Origin: Frateuria defendens
GTDB taxonomy: Bacteria; Pseudomonadota; Gammaproteobacteria; Xanthomonadales; Rhodanobacteraceae
NCBI RefSeq assembly: GCF_001182895.1
Contig: NZ_LFQR01000002.1
Span: 1-24,000, forward strand
Length of the DNA: 24,000 nt
Reading direction: 5' to 3'
A model generated the notes under the pieces. That model saw only the letters and a list, made by a program, of their open reading frames with translations. It did not search any database and had not been told where the DNA came from. How positions within the stretch are numbered: position 1 is the first letter of the stretch; each line of letters begins with the position of its first letter. Shown piece after piece: positions 1 through 9,813 of the stretch. Both the position numbers and the translations under genes were made by a program.

Positions 1-414
1 AACACCGGCCAAAGGCCGGCCAGCCTGCGATTGGGCCAACAACACAGCCTTCCCTCGCGGATACCAGCAGGGAGATCGTGAACCGGCTCTTATTTCCCGA
101 GCCGTGTGCCGGTCGCCTCCGCGTGCGCGGGGCGGCACCCTTCGCCAGCCAAAAATCGAAACCATTCGATTAAGCAATGGAGCCGAAATTAGTTGCGTTA
201 TTCGCAATAAATTACCGCCAAGGCGATTAAGACGACCAGTTGTCAGTTTCGCTACAAAAATTATCTGGCGGCGATTTTCCCTGTGCTAGCGTGCCTTCCG
301 GCAGGCGCCACCGTGCGCCTGTCCCGGGGCGGCCTTGCCGTATCCAAACGTCCCGCACCTGCAAGTCGCCGGTTTTTCTCCATATCACTGGATTTCAGCA
401 TGAGGAGTGGTTTT

Positions 415-2019
415 ATGCAGATGAAGAAAACGTCGCTCAGCCTGGCTTTGGGCGCCGTCCTGTCGCTGGCGTCTTCGGTAACGCTGGCCGCGGCCGCCCC
501 GGCCGCGACGTGGAAGACCACCGCCACGCATGCGCACGAACTGGCCGCCACCGCCGCCGCGGGCGACCTCGCCGCGTCCGACACGCCGGTGCACGTGGAA
601 GTGGTGCTCAAGGTGCAGAACAAGGCGACGCTGGACGATTTCATCACCTCCTCGCACAACCCCAGGAGCCTGCTGTTCGGCGCCAAGCTGCAGCCGAAGG
701 ACGTCGTGGCCGAGTTCTCGCCGAGCGAGGCCCAGGTGCAGGCGGTCGTGGACCATCTCAGCCAGGCCGGCTTCACCCACATCACCGTGTCGCCCAACCG
801 CCTGCTGGTCTCCGCCGACGGCGACGCCGCCAGCGCACACGCCGCCTTCCAGACGCGCCTGGTGAAGGCGCTCGACGCGGAAGGCCGCAGCGCCTATGCC
901 AACATCGACGACGCCAAGGTCCCGGCCGCGCTGGCCGACACCGTGCTCTCGGTGGTGGGCCTGCAGACCGTCTCGCACGCGCACACGATGAACAAGCCGG
1001 CCTCCGGCACGCAGGCCACCACCGGCATCGTCGGCCACAACCCGACCGCCTTCCCCGCCATCTACGACGTGGGCAGCACGCCGACGGCGTCGACGGTCAC
1101 CGTGGGCATCATCACCGACGGCGACATGACGCAGCCGCTCAAGGACCTCAACACCTTCACCTCCCAGAACGGCCTGCCCGCGGTCAACACCGCCGTGGTG
1201 GTGGTCGGCGGCGCCAGCACCGACACCAGCGGCACCGCCGAATGGGACCTCGACAGCCAGGACATCGTGGCCATGTCCGGCGGCGTCAACAAGCTCATCT
1301 TCTACGCCGCCAACTCGCTCTCCAACAGCGCCCTCACCGCGGACTTCAACAAGGCGGTGAGCGACAACCAGGCCAGCGTCATCAACGTCTCGCTGGGCGA
1401 GTGCGAGACCTACGCCTACAACGACGGTTCGATGGCCGCCGACGACCAGATCCTCGCGCTGGGCGTCGCCCAGGGGCAGACCTTCTCCATCTCGACCGGC
1501 GACGCCGGCGCCAACGAATGCGGCAAGAGCCCGCGCGGCACCACGCCGAGCTACCCGGCCAGCTCGCCCTACGTGGTCGCCGTCAGCGGCACCACGCTGA
1601 CCACCGGCGTCAACAACAGCTGGGTGGGCGAGACGCTGTGGAGCAAGGCGGGCGGCAGCCCGAGCACCGTCGAGCCCAAGCCGAGCTGGCAGACCCAGGG
1701 CGGCGGCAGCACCCGCGACGTGGCGGACGTGGCCTTCGACGCCGACCCGAACTCCGGCTCCATCATCGTGCTCAACGGCGGCAGCGCGCAGTACGGCGGC
1801 ACCAGCCTGGCGGCGCCACTGTTCGCCGGCGTCTGGGCCCGCGAGCTGGCCGCCCACCCGGGCCTCGGCTTCGCCGGCCCGCACCTGTACGGCGCGCCCT
1901 CGGCCGTCTATCACGACATCACCTCCGGCAGCAACGGCGGCGAGACGGCCGCGCCGGGCTGGGACTACGCGAGCGGCTTCGGCAGCACCATCGTGAGCGC
2001 ACTGAACGCGAGCCTGTAA
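415..2019 (+). CDS. Secreted S53 family (sedolisin/pro-kumamolisin type) serine-carboxyl peptidase
   Basis: ORF 283..2019; ATG at 415 preceded by AGGAG and followed by a signal-peptide-like MQMKKTSLSLALGAVLSLASSVTLAAAAP. Prodomain-like N-terminus, GTAEWDLDSQDIV (E/D pair), GGSAQYGGTSLAAPLFAG (GTS nucleophile motif), C-terminal YHDITSGSN...GWDYASGFG calcium-site-like motif. Confidence 0.9.
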   Translation: MQMKKTSLSLALGAVLSLASSVTLAAAAPAATWKTTATHAHELAATAAAGDLAASDTPVHVEVVLKVQNKATLDDFITSSHNPRSLLFGAKLQPKDVVAEFSPSEAQVQAVVDHLSQAGFTHITVSPNRLLVSADGDAASAHAAFQTRLVKALDAEGRSAYANIDDAKVPAALADTVLSVVGLQTVSHAHTMNKPASGTQATTGIVGHNPTAFPAIYDVGSTPTASTVTVGIITDGDMTQPLKDLNTFTSQNGLPAVNTAVVVVGGASTDTSGTAEWDLDSQDIVAMSGGVNKLIFYAANSLSNSALTADFNKAVSDNQASVINVSLGECETYAYNDGSMAADDQILALGVAQGQTFSISTGDAGANECGKSPRGTTPSYPASSPYVVAVSGTTLTTGVNNSWVGETLWSKAGGSPSTVEPKPSWQTQGGGSTRDVADVAFDADPNSGSIIVLNGGSAQYGGTSLAAPLFAGVWARELAAHPGLGFAGPHLYGAPSAVYHDITSGSNGGETAAPGWDYASGFGSTIVSALNASL

Positions 2020-2041
2020 GGCGCATGCATCGCTGAACCCG

Positions 2042-2078
2042 CGGGGCATCCGTCGCGAGGCGGATGCCCCGTTTTTTT
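2042..2078 (+). terminator. Rho-independent terminator after the S53 peptidase gene
   Basis: CGGGGCATCCG (2042-2052) / CGGATGCCCCG (2061-2071), perfect 11-bp stem, 8-nt loop, followed by TTTTTTT. Confidence 0.9.
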
Positions 2079-2262
2079 GGAGCATCCCGCAACGGCGCCA
2101 CGCGCCCGGCGAAAGCGGGGGGCGTACCGCCCGTGCGGACATAGTGCTACCTTTCCGCCGAACAACGGGGGTTGAGTCCCGTCGTCCCCAGGAAGTCTCT
2201 CGAGCCACGTCCGCCGCCCCTCCACCGGGCGGCCTGTCCAGCCAATTTCCGGGAGCAAAACG

Positions 2263-5200
2263 ATGGCGCTCACCCGCCGCGAGTTCATCAAGGTCACGGG
2301 CCTCGGCCTGGCCGCATCGAGCCTTGGCATGCTCGGCTTCGGTGCCGCCGGGGTGGCGCAAGCCGCCGCCGTACGGCCATTCAAGCTCACCCACGCGACC
2401 GAGACGCGCAACACCTGCACGTACTGCTCGGTCGCCTGCGGCATCCTGATCTACAGCATGGGGGACCGCGCCAAGAACGCGCGCTCCAACATCATCCACA
2501 TCGAGGGCGACCCGGACCATCCGGTGAACCGCGGCACCCTGTGTCCGAAGGGCACGGCCCTGCTCGACGTGGTGCACGCCCCCACCCGCCTGAAGGCCCC
2601 ACGCTACCGGCCGCCCGGCGGCACCGAGTTCAAGGAAGTCTCCTGGGACTTCGCCCTGGACCGCATCGCCAAGCTGATGAAGGAGGACCGCGACAAGCAC
2701 TTCATCGCCAGGAACGCGGCCGGCACCACGGTCAACCGCTGGACCAGCACCGGCATGCTGGCGGCCTCGGCGTCGTCCAACGAAACCGCCTACCTCACCT
2801 GGAAGGTGGCCCGCTCCCTCGGCATGGTGGTGTTCGACAACCAGGCGCGCGTCTGACACGGACCGACGGTGGCCAGTCTGGCCCCATCATTCGGTCGCGG
2901 TGCGATGACCAACACCTGGCAGGACATCAAGAACGCCAATCTCGTCATCGTCATGGGCGGCAATGCCGCCGAAGCCCACCCCTGCGGCTTCAAGTGGGTG
3001 ATCGAGGCAAAGATCGAGAACGGCGCCAAGCTGGTCGTGGTCGATCCACGCTTCACCCGCACGGCCTCGGTGGCCGACTACTATGCCCCGATTCGCCCGG
3101 GCACGGACATCGCGTTCCTGAGCGGCGTGATCCGCTACCTGCTGGAGCAGGACGCGATCCAGCACCAGTACGTGCGCGCCTACACCAACGCCAGCCTGGT
3201 GGTGAAGGAAGGCTTCGCCTTCGAGAATGGCCTGTTCAGCGGCTACAACGAGGAAACCCACAGCTACGATAGGTCGAGCTGGGACTACGAGCTGGACGAG
3301 CAGGGCTTCGCCAAGTCCGACGACAGCTGGCAGCACCCGCGCTGCGTGATCAACCTGCTCCGCCAGCACGTTTCCCGCTACACGCCGGAGACGGTCTCGC
3401 GCATCTGCGGCACGCCGCAGGACAAGTTCCTGCACATCTGCGGGCTCATCGCCGCCACCGCCGCGCCGGACAAGGCCATGACCAGCCTGTTCGCGCTGGG
3501 CTGGACGCAACACTCGGTCGGCTCGCAGAACATCCGCACGATGGCAATGATCCAGCTGCTGCTGGGCAACATCGGCGTGGCCGGCGGCGGCATGAACGCG
3601 CTGCGCGGGCATTCCAACATCCAGGGACTGACCGACGTCGGCCTGCTCTCCAATCTGATGCCGGGCTATCTCAACCTGCCCCTGGACAAGGAGACCAGTC
3701 TCGACGAGTACATGAAGACAAAGCAGTACAAGCCGCTTCGTCCAGGACAAACCAGCTACTGGCAGAACTACCGCAAGTTCGTGGTCAGCCTGCAGAAGGC
3801 GATCTACGGCGACGCCGCCACCCAGGACAACAACTGGGCCTACGACTGGCTGCCCAAGCTCGACGTGCCGATGTACGACATCATCCGGGCCTTCGAGATG
3901 ATGAACAACGGCCAGTTGACCGGCTACATCTGCCAGGGCTTCAACCCGCTGCAGGCCTTCCCCGACCGCGGCAAGATCCGTCGCGGCCTGTCCAAGCTCA
4001 AGTTCCTGGTCACCATGGACCCGCTGGACACCGAGACCTCGCGCTTCTGGCAGGACTTCGGGCCGCAGAACCCGGCCAGGTCGGCCGAGATCCAGACCGA
4101 GGTGTTCCAGCTGCCGACCACCTGCTTCGCCGAGGAGAACGGCTCGCTGGTCAACTCGGCGCGCTGGCTGCAATGGCACTGGAAGGCGGCCGAGGCGCCC
4201 GGCGAGGCCATGTCCGACATCTGGATCATGAGCGGCATCTTCCACCGCCTGCGCGAGCTGTACCGCAAGGAAGGCGGTGCCTTCCCCGACCCGATCCTCA
4301 ACCTGACCTGGAAGTACACCGACCCGGTCGAACCGGACCCGGAGGAGCTGGCACGGGAAATGAACGGCCGCGCGCTGGCCGACCTCACCGACCCGGCCAC
4401 CGGCGCGGTCCTCACCAAGGCCGGCACCCTGCTGGACGGCTTCGCCCAGTTGCGCGACGACGGCACCACCGCCTCGGGCTGCTGGATCTTCTCAGGTTCC
4501 TTCACCGAGAAGGGCAACCAGATGGCCCGCCGCGATGCCACCGACCCGCGCGAGCAGGGCATCGCGCCGAACTGGGCGTGGGCCTGGCCGGCCAACCGGC
4601 GCATCCTGTACAACCGCGCCAGCGCGGACCAGGACGGCAAGGCCTGGAACCCGGCCAAGCCGATCATCGAGTGGAACGGCAGCCGCTGGGAGGGCATCGA
4701 CGTGCCCGACTACGGCCCCACCGTGAAGCCCTCCGACGGCGTCGGCCCGTTCATCATGAACGCCGAAGGCATGGGCCGCCTGTTCGCCCGCGACCTGATG
4801 GCCGACGGCCCCTTCCCCGAGCACTACGAGCCGCTGGAGTCGCCGGTGGAGAACGTGCTGCATCCGAAGGTGCGCTCCAACCCGGTGGCGCGCGTGTTCG
4901 CCAGCGACCGGGCCGCGTTCGGCACCCCGCAGCACTACCCGTACGTGGCGACCACCTACCGCCTCACCGAGCACTTCCACTTCTGGACCAAGCACGCGCT
5001 GATCAACGCCATCCTCCAGCCGGAGGAATTCGTCGAGATCGGCGAGGTGCTGGCCAAGGAGAAAGGCATCGAGCAGGGCGGCTGGGTGAAGGTGTCCTCC
5101 AAGCGCGGCGAGGTGGTGTGCAAGGCCTACGTGACCAAGCGCATCAAGCCGCTCCTGGTCGACGGCAAGCCGACCCACGTGATCGGCGTGCCGTTGCACT

Positions 5201-5337
5201 GGGGCTTCACCGGCCAGGCCAGGAAGGGCTACGGCGCCAACACGCTGACGCCCTCCGTCGGCGACGCCAACACCCAGACGCCGGAGTTCAAGGCGTTCCT
5301 CGTCAACGTCGAAAAGACCGGCGCGCCGGCAGCCTGA
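2263..5337 (+). CDS. fdnG: Formate dehydrogenase-N/O type alpha (catalytic) subunit, selenoprotein with Sec encoded by UGA 2854-2856 (about 1024 aa)
   Basis: Track splits it into 2263..2856 and 2869..5337, which share one frame. Tat-type [10 protein letters not shown] leader, 4Fe-4S motif CTYCSVACG, and continuous protein [25 protein letters not shown] matching the FdnG/FdoG selenocysteine context. GGGAG upstream of ATG 2263. Confidence 0.95.
2854..2900 (+). promoter_or_regulatory. Bacterial SECIS element in the fdnG ORF (UGA plus downstream SelB-binding hairpin)
   Basis: TGACACGGACCGACGGTGGCCAGTCTGGCCCCATCATTCGGTCGCGG. Lower pairing ACCGA/TCGGT; upper stem GG-(bulged U)-GGCC / GGCC-CC with AGUCU loop. 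Counting UGA U as 1, the bulged U is position 17 and loop G/U are 23/24, as in the E. coli fdhF SECIS. Confidence 0.92.
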
Positions 5338-5347
5338 GGCCACAGTC

Positions 5348-6274
5348 ATGTCAGACCTGCAATCGCAAGACTATGTTCGGCGCTCCGCCTCGACCCTGAC
5401 GCCGCCTTCGGTCCGCAGCCACGAGGACGAGGTGGCCAAGCTGATCGACGTCAGCCGCTGCATCGGCTGCAAGGCCTGCCAGTCGGCGTGCATGGAATGG
5501 AACGACCTGCGGCCGGAAGTGGGCCACTTCGAAGGCTCCTACGAGAACCCGGCGGACCTCGGCCCGAGCGTGTGGACCCTGATGAAGTTCGCCGAGCACG
5601 AGAACGAACAGGGCAACCTCGAGTGGCTGATCCGCAAGGACGGCTGCATGCACTGCGAGGACCCGGGCTGCCTGAAGGCCTGCCCGGCGCCCGGCGCGAT
5701 CGTGCAGTACGCCAACGGCATCGTCGACTTCATCAGCGACAAGTGCATCGGCTGCGGCTACTGCGTGAAGGGCTGCCCGTTCAATATCCCGCGGATCAGC
5801 AAGCAGGACCATAAGTCGTACAAGTGCACGCTCTGCTCCGACCGCGTGTCGGTCGGGCTGGAGCCGGCCTGCGTCAAGGCCTGCCCCACCGGCGCCATCA
5901 TGTTCGGCTCCAAGACCGACATGAAGCACCAGGCCGCCGAGCGCATCGAGGACCTGAAATCCCGCGGCTTCGACCAGGCCGGCCTGTACGACCCGCCGGA
6001 GGTGGGCGGCACCCACGTGATGTACGTGCTGCACCACGCGGACAAGCCCTCGCTGTACTCGGGCCTGCCCGACAAGCCGCGGATCAGCCCCGTGGTGGGC
6101 GCGTGGAAGGGCTTCATCAAGCCGCTGGCCGTGGCCGGCATCGCGCTCGCCGCCGTCGGCGCCTTCTTCCACTGGATCACCGCCGGCCCGAACGAGGTGA
6201 CCGAGGAAGACGAGGCCGAGGGCGAGCGCGTGCTGCGCGAAGCCGACGCGCACGAACCGGAGAAGTCGCCATGA
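5348..6274 (+). CDS. fdxH: Formate dehydrogenase beta subunit, multi-4Fe-4S ferredoxin-like with C-terminal membrane anchor
   Basis: Cys clusters [40 protein letters not shown]...[10 protein letters not shown]; hydrophobic C-terminal helix; directly downstream of alpha subunit. Confidence 0.93.
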   Translation: MSDLQSQDYVRRSASTLTPPSVRSHEDEVAKLIDVSRCIGCKACQSACMEWNDLRPEVGHFEGSYENPADLGPSVWTLMKFAEHENEQGNLEWLIRKDGCMHCEDPGCLKACPAPGAIVQYANGIVDFISDKCIGCGYCVKGCPFNIPRISKQDHKSYKCTLCSDRVSVGLEPACVKACPTGAIMFGSKTDMKHQAAERIEDLKSRGFDQAGLYDPPEVGGTHVMYVLHHADKPSLYSGLPDKPRISPVVGAWKGFIKPLAVAGIALAAVGAFFHWITAGPNEVTEEDEAEGERVLREADAHEPEKSP

Positions 6275-6930
6275 CCCGCCCGAACAACGCGATCACCCGC
6301 TATACCGCGGCGAACCGGGTCAACCACTGGATCACCGCCCTCTGCTTCGTGCTGCTCACCCTCTCGGGCCTGGCGATGTTCCACCCGATGCTGTTCTTCC
6401 TCTCCGGCCTGTTCGGCGGCGGCCAGTGGATGCGCGCGGCGCATCCGTGGATCGGCATCGTGCTGATGGCGAGCTACCTCGGCCTCATCATCCAGTTCTG
6501 GCGCGAGAACCTCGTGAACAGGGACGACGTGGCCTGGATGAAGTCGATCCGGTACGTGGCGGTCAACGACGAGGAACACGTGCCGCCGGTCGGCCGCAAC
6601 AACGCCGGCCAGAAGATGGTGTTCTGGTCGATGACGCTGCTGGTTCCGGCGCTGTTCTTCAGCGGCCTCTTGATCTGGGAGGTGTACTTCGGCGCGGCCA
6701 CCTCGATCCCGGTGCAGCGCGTGGCCGTGCTGGTGCACAGCCTGGCCGCGATCGCGGCGATCCTCGTCTGGGTCGTGCACGTCTACGCGGCGATCTGGAT
6801 CCGCCATTCGGTGCGGGCCATGACCCAGGGCTACGTGACCCCGGGCTGGGCCTGGCGCCATCACCGCAAGTGGCTGTGGGAACTGGCTTCCGAGCAGCAC
6901 GACAAGGCGCCCCCCAGGAAGCACCCGTGA
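6271..6930 (+). CDS. fdnI: Formate dehydrogenase gamma subunit (membrane cytochrome b556)
   Basis: ATG 6271 overlaps the beta stop (ATGA). [43 protein letters not shown]..., several hydrophobic helices, histidines in helices. In-frame part of track ORF 5824..6930. Confidence 0.92.
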   Translation: MTRPNNAITRYTAANRVNHWITALCFVLLTLSGLAMFHPMLFFLSGLFGGGQWMRAAHPWIGIVLMASYLGLIIQFWRENLVNRDDVAWMKSIRYVAVNDEEHVPPVGRNNAGQKMVFWSMTLLVPALFFSGLLIWEVYFGAATSIPVQRVAVLVHSLAAIAAILVWVVHVYAAIWIRHSVRAMTQGYVTPGWAWRHHRKWLWELASEQHDKAPPRKHP

Positions 6931-7877
6931 AGCAGGCTGCAGCACCGCCCAACGCCAAGTGGACCGGCCCGGCGCAGGCCGGCGTCAAGTCGCCCGACCC
7001 GATCCTGCTCGCCGATCCCGCCAGGCGCTTCGCCGCCACCGCGCAACGGCTTGAAAACCTCGCCGCCGGGCATCCCATGGAGGCCTGGCTGCGCTTCATG
7101 GCCAGCCTCGCGCAGGCCCAGCACGCCGTGGCGACCACGCTCGCCCCCGCCGCCGCGCCCGACCCGACCGCGGTGGCCCAGGCCGTCGAGGCGCGCCTGC
7201 CACCGCTGGCGGCGGACGGCCATCGCCGCGAAGCGTCCTGGCGCGAAGGGCTCGCCCTGCTGCTCGATCGCATCGACGGCAGCGCTCTGCCGCCGGCCGC
7301 GCTGGCCGTCATGGCGCAACTGCGGCGCAGCGATGCCGCCGCGCAGGAGAAGCTGGCCGACCAGTTCCTGCGCGGCGGACTCGCCGCCGCCGATGCCGGC
7401 GCCGCCGTCTACGTGGCCGCCGCCCTGCAGGTCTATTTCACCGCCTCGGCGGCGCGCCTCAAGGCCGAAGACCTGCGGCTGCTCGAAGAGCGCGGGCTCT
7501 GCCCCTGCTGCGGCTCGCCCCCGGTATCCGGCCTGATCACCGCCAGCGGCCAGGCGCCCGGCACGCGCTACCTGTATTGCTCGCTGTGCTCCACCGCGTG
7601 GAACCACGTGCGCGCCGTGTGCATCACCTGCGGTGGCACGCGCCGGCTCTCCCTGCAGGGCATCGAGGGCGACGCTGGCCTGGTCAGGGCCGAAACCTGC
7701 GGCGAATGCCACACCTACGCCAAAGTGCTGTACCAGGTGCGCGACATGCAGGCCGACCCTTACGCGGACGACCTCGCCTCGCTGGGCCTGGACATGCTGG
7801 TCGCCGAGGAAGGCTTCGCCCGGCACGCACCGAACCCGCTGCTGCTGGTTGGTGAGACCGAAGCCGCGACCGGGTAG
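6927..7877 (+). CDS. fdhE: Formate dehydrogenase accessory protein FdhE
   Basis: GTG at 6927 overlaps the gamma stop (GTGA). C-terminal half has CPCC, CSLC, CITC, CGEC pairs typical of FdhE; ends LGLDMLVAEEGFARHAPNPLLL. In-frame part of track ORF 6426..7877. Confidence 0.88.
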   Translation: MKQAAAPPNAKWTGPAQAGVKSPDPILLADPARRFAATAQRLENLAAGHPMEAWLRFMASLAQAQHAVATTLAPAAAPDPTAVAQAVEARLPPLAADGHRREASWREGLALLLDRIDGSALPPAALAVMAQLRRSDAAAQEKLADQFLRGGLAAADAGAAVYVAAALQVYFTASAARLKAEDLRLLEERGLCPCCGSPPVSGLITASGQAPGTRYLYCSLCSTAWNHVRAVCITCGGTRRLSLQGIEGDAGLVRAETCGECHTYAKVLYQVRDMQADPYADDLASLGLDMLVAEEGFARHAPNPLLLVGETEAATG

Positions 7878-7892
7878 CTACACAGCCTGCGA

Positions 7893-8075
7893 GAGTGATC
7901 CCTCTCCCTCCGGGACTTGGGGTTAGCGTTGAATGTCAGCCGGCCTTTGCGAGCGCCTTACCTCGGCCTCACTCTCCCAAGCCGAATCCTTCTCCCCTTG
8001 GGAGAAGGTGCCGGCAGGCGGATGAGGGTGCGGGCGGAGCGAGGCCCCGACGGACGCCGACCTTCCCACCCTCGC
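7893..8075 (+). repeat. Possible dispersed intergenic repeat with CCCTCTCC / GGGAGAAGG / GATGAGGGTG GCGG modules
   Basis: Noncoding interval between fdhE and the permease with 'ccctctccctccgggacttggggttag' and 'ccttctccccttgggagaaggtgccggcaggcggatgagggtgcgggcggagcgagg', resembling multicopy intergenic sequences of high-GC proteobacteria. Copy number cannot be shown from one window. Confidence 0.4.
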
Positions 8076-8106
8076 CCTTGCCCTCACCGCCCGGTGCTCT
8101 CGCGCA

Positions 8107-9162
8107 TCAGCGCAATTGCAGCCACACCGCCAGCACTCCGCCGAGAACGCCAAACCCGACCACCGCCACCGCGACCGCCACCAGCACCCGCACGGGAAAG
8201 GCGCGCGCGAGCATCGCCAGCGACGGCAGGCTCACCGGCGGCAAGGTCAGCAGCAAGGCGGCGGCCGGCCCGCTCCCCAGGCCCAGCGCCAGCATCGCCT
8301 GCACGATCGGCACCTCGCCGGCCGTTGGGATCACGAACAGCATCCCGGCCAGCGCCAGGGCGGCGATCCAGAACCACTGGTCGCCGATCGCCGGCCCGAT
8401 GTGCGGGAACATCCACGCGCGCAGCGCGCCCAGCAGCAGGACGATCACCACGTATTCGGGAATCAGCCGCGCCGCCATCCGCCCGAAGATCGCCATCCAG
8501 CGCCGCCCCGTCTCGGCCAGCGAGCGCGGCTCGGGCTCCGCGGGCAGCCACGGCCCGGCCGCCGCCTCCCGCCCCGGCGCGGCCATCCGGTTCGCCAGCC
8601 AGCCCAGCCCGAACACCATCGGCACGCCCAGCAGCACGCGCAGCAAGGTCCAGTGCCAGCCGAGCACGAAGCCGGTGAACACCAGGGTGGCGGGATTGAG
8701 CACGGTATTGCCGAGCCAGAACGCGATCGCGCCGCCGGGCGACGCCCTGTGCCTGCGCAAGCCCACGACCACCGGCGCCGCGCAGCAGGTGCACATCATC
8801 CCCGGCACCGCCAGCAGGCCGCCGGCCAGCACGCCGCCGAAGCCATGGCCGCCGAGCAGGCGCCCGATCCAGTGCGCCGGCAGCAAGGCCTGGATGCCCG
8901 AGCCCAGCAACAGGCCCAGCACCATCGCCTTCCAGATCGCCTTGCCATAGGCCAGCGCATAGTCGAGCGCCGCGTTCCAGGACGGCGCCGGCGCGCTCGC
9001 CGCCTCGCCCATCAGGATCGAATGGCCGATGGCATGCTCGGACGCGGCCACGAACGCGCGGCCGTAGTACGGCTGCCACTTCACGTAGAACAAGCCGGCG
9101 ACCGCCAGCAGCAGGAACACGGACAAGCGCATGGTGCGCGCTGTTTGCAGAGCGGCAGGCAT
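8107..9162 (-). CDS. Predicted permease, YraQ/DUF318 (UPF0718)-like integral membrane protein
   Basis: 351 aa, many hydrophobic helices, VPGMMCTCCAAPVVVGLRR...GNTVLNPATLVF motif region and a second repeat-like half FVIPTAGEVPIVQAMLALG. GGGGAG about 6 nt upstream of ATG 9162. Confidence 0.8.
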   Translation of the reverse strand: MPAALQTARTMRLSVFLLLAVAGLFYVKWQPYYGRAFVAASEHAIGHSILMGEAASAPAPSWNAALDYALAYGKAIWKAMVLGLLLGSGIQALLPAHWIGRLLGGHGFGGVLAGGLLAVPGMMCTCCAAPVVVGLRRHRASPGGAIAFWLGNTVLNPATLVFTGFVLGWHWTLLRVLLGVPMVFGLGWLANRMAAPGREAAAGPWLPAEPEPRSLAETGRRWMAIFGRMAARLIPEYVVIVLLLGALRAWMFPHIGPAIGDQWFWIAALALAGMLFVIPTAGEVPIVQAMLALGLGSGPAAALLLTLPPVSLPSLAMLARAFPVRVLVAVAVAVVGFGVLGGVLAVWLQLR

Positions 9163-9482
9163 CGATCTCCCCTGCGGGCAATCGGGACATTACGGCCCTA
9201 CAGGGCACGACATTGCCACCGGATGCCGCAGGCCAGGTGCGCTGCGCAGGGGCAAGACCTTCAATCGCGTGCCGCGCAGCATGCTACGGCCTGCGGGCAA
9301 AGTCACTACGGCTCGCGGGGCGCACAGCGATAAAGCGATCACCCGTACCGATCGTTCATGATCAGCGCGCCGACATCCTGACCGGCGTGAGACTATCGTT
9401 TGGAATCGGACAGAAGCGGACGTTGAGGAAGCGCAACCTCCCCCAGCTTTTTTTGGTATGACACATCAGCAAGTGGACGCGT

Positions 9483-9600
9483 CTCTGCGGTTGTTCGAAT
9501 CCGACGGCTGTGCGCGACATCAACGCGCTTGTCGGGCTTGGACTGCTTAAGCGTGGCGCCACTGGAGACCGTAGCATGAGCTACGAATTCGGCATGGCGC
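9483..9600 (+). pseudogene. Possible remnant of the C-terminal winged-helix of a Fic-like or regulator protein
   Basis: Frame reads RLCGCSNPTAVRDINALVGLGLLKRGATGDRSMSYEF, resembling '(T)A.RD(L/I)..LV..G.L......GRST.Y', with no upstream domain in frame. Weak evidence. Confidence 0.25.
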
Positions 9601-9775
9601 ACATCAAGCGGGGGTCACCTCAATCGGCCAGTCGTGACCAGAGTGCACGCACCTCAAACACCATGTTGCGACCGGAGAGGTGTTGGCTCGTCGGTTCGCT
9701 TCCAAACCTTCCACGTAATATCTGCTGCGCATTGAACACGAGTGGTGCATTTCTGCCGCTCGATCACTGAGATGC

Positions 9776-9787
9776 TTCTAGCTAGAA
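9776..9787. promoter_or_regulatory. 12-bp perfect palindrome TTCTAGCTAGAA upstream of the methyltransferase gene, possible operator
   Basis: Sequence ends 26 nt before the proposed ATG 9814; function inferred only from position and symmetry. Confidence 0.35.
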
Positions 9788-9813
9788 TGGCCACAACCAG
9801 AGGAAGCGGTGGC

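Noticed and set aside
5-19. Short CCGGCC-AAA-GGCCGG hairpin at the window edge
   Set aside because: Only 6 bp in GC-rich DNA without a T-run; not enough to call a terminator.
385-2859. 824-aa minus-strand ORF, plus 240..2036 on the plus strand
   Set aside because: Low-complexity Arg/Ala/Gly-rich shadow ORFs in high-GC coding DNA, overlapping the well-supported S53 peptidase and fdnG.
2263-2869. Frameshifted or truncated formate dehydrogenase pseudogene
   Set aside because: The two ORFs share the same frame, the interruption is UGA in the known Sec position, a SECIS is present, and selABCD are in the window.
2887-4245. Long minus-strand ORFs 2887..4245, 4492..5349, 5351..6253 and 5758..6945
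   Set aside because: Antisense shadows of fdnG, fdxH and fdnI; no recognisable domains and heavily biased composition.
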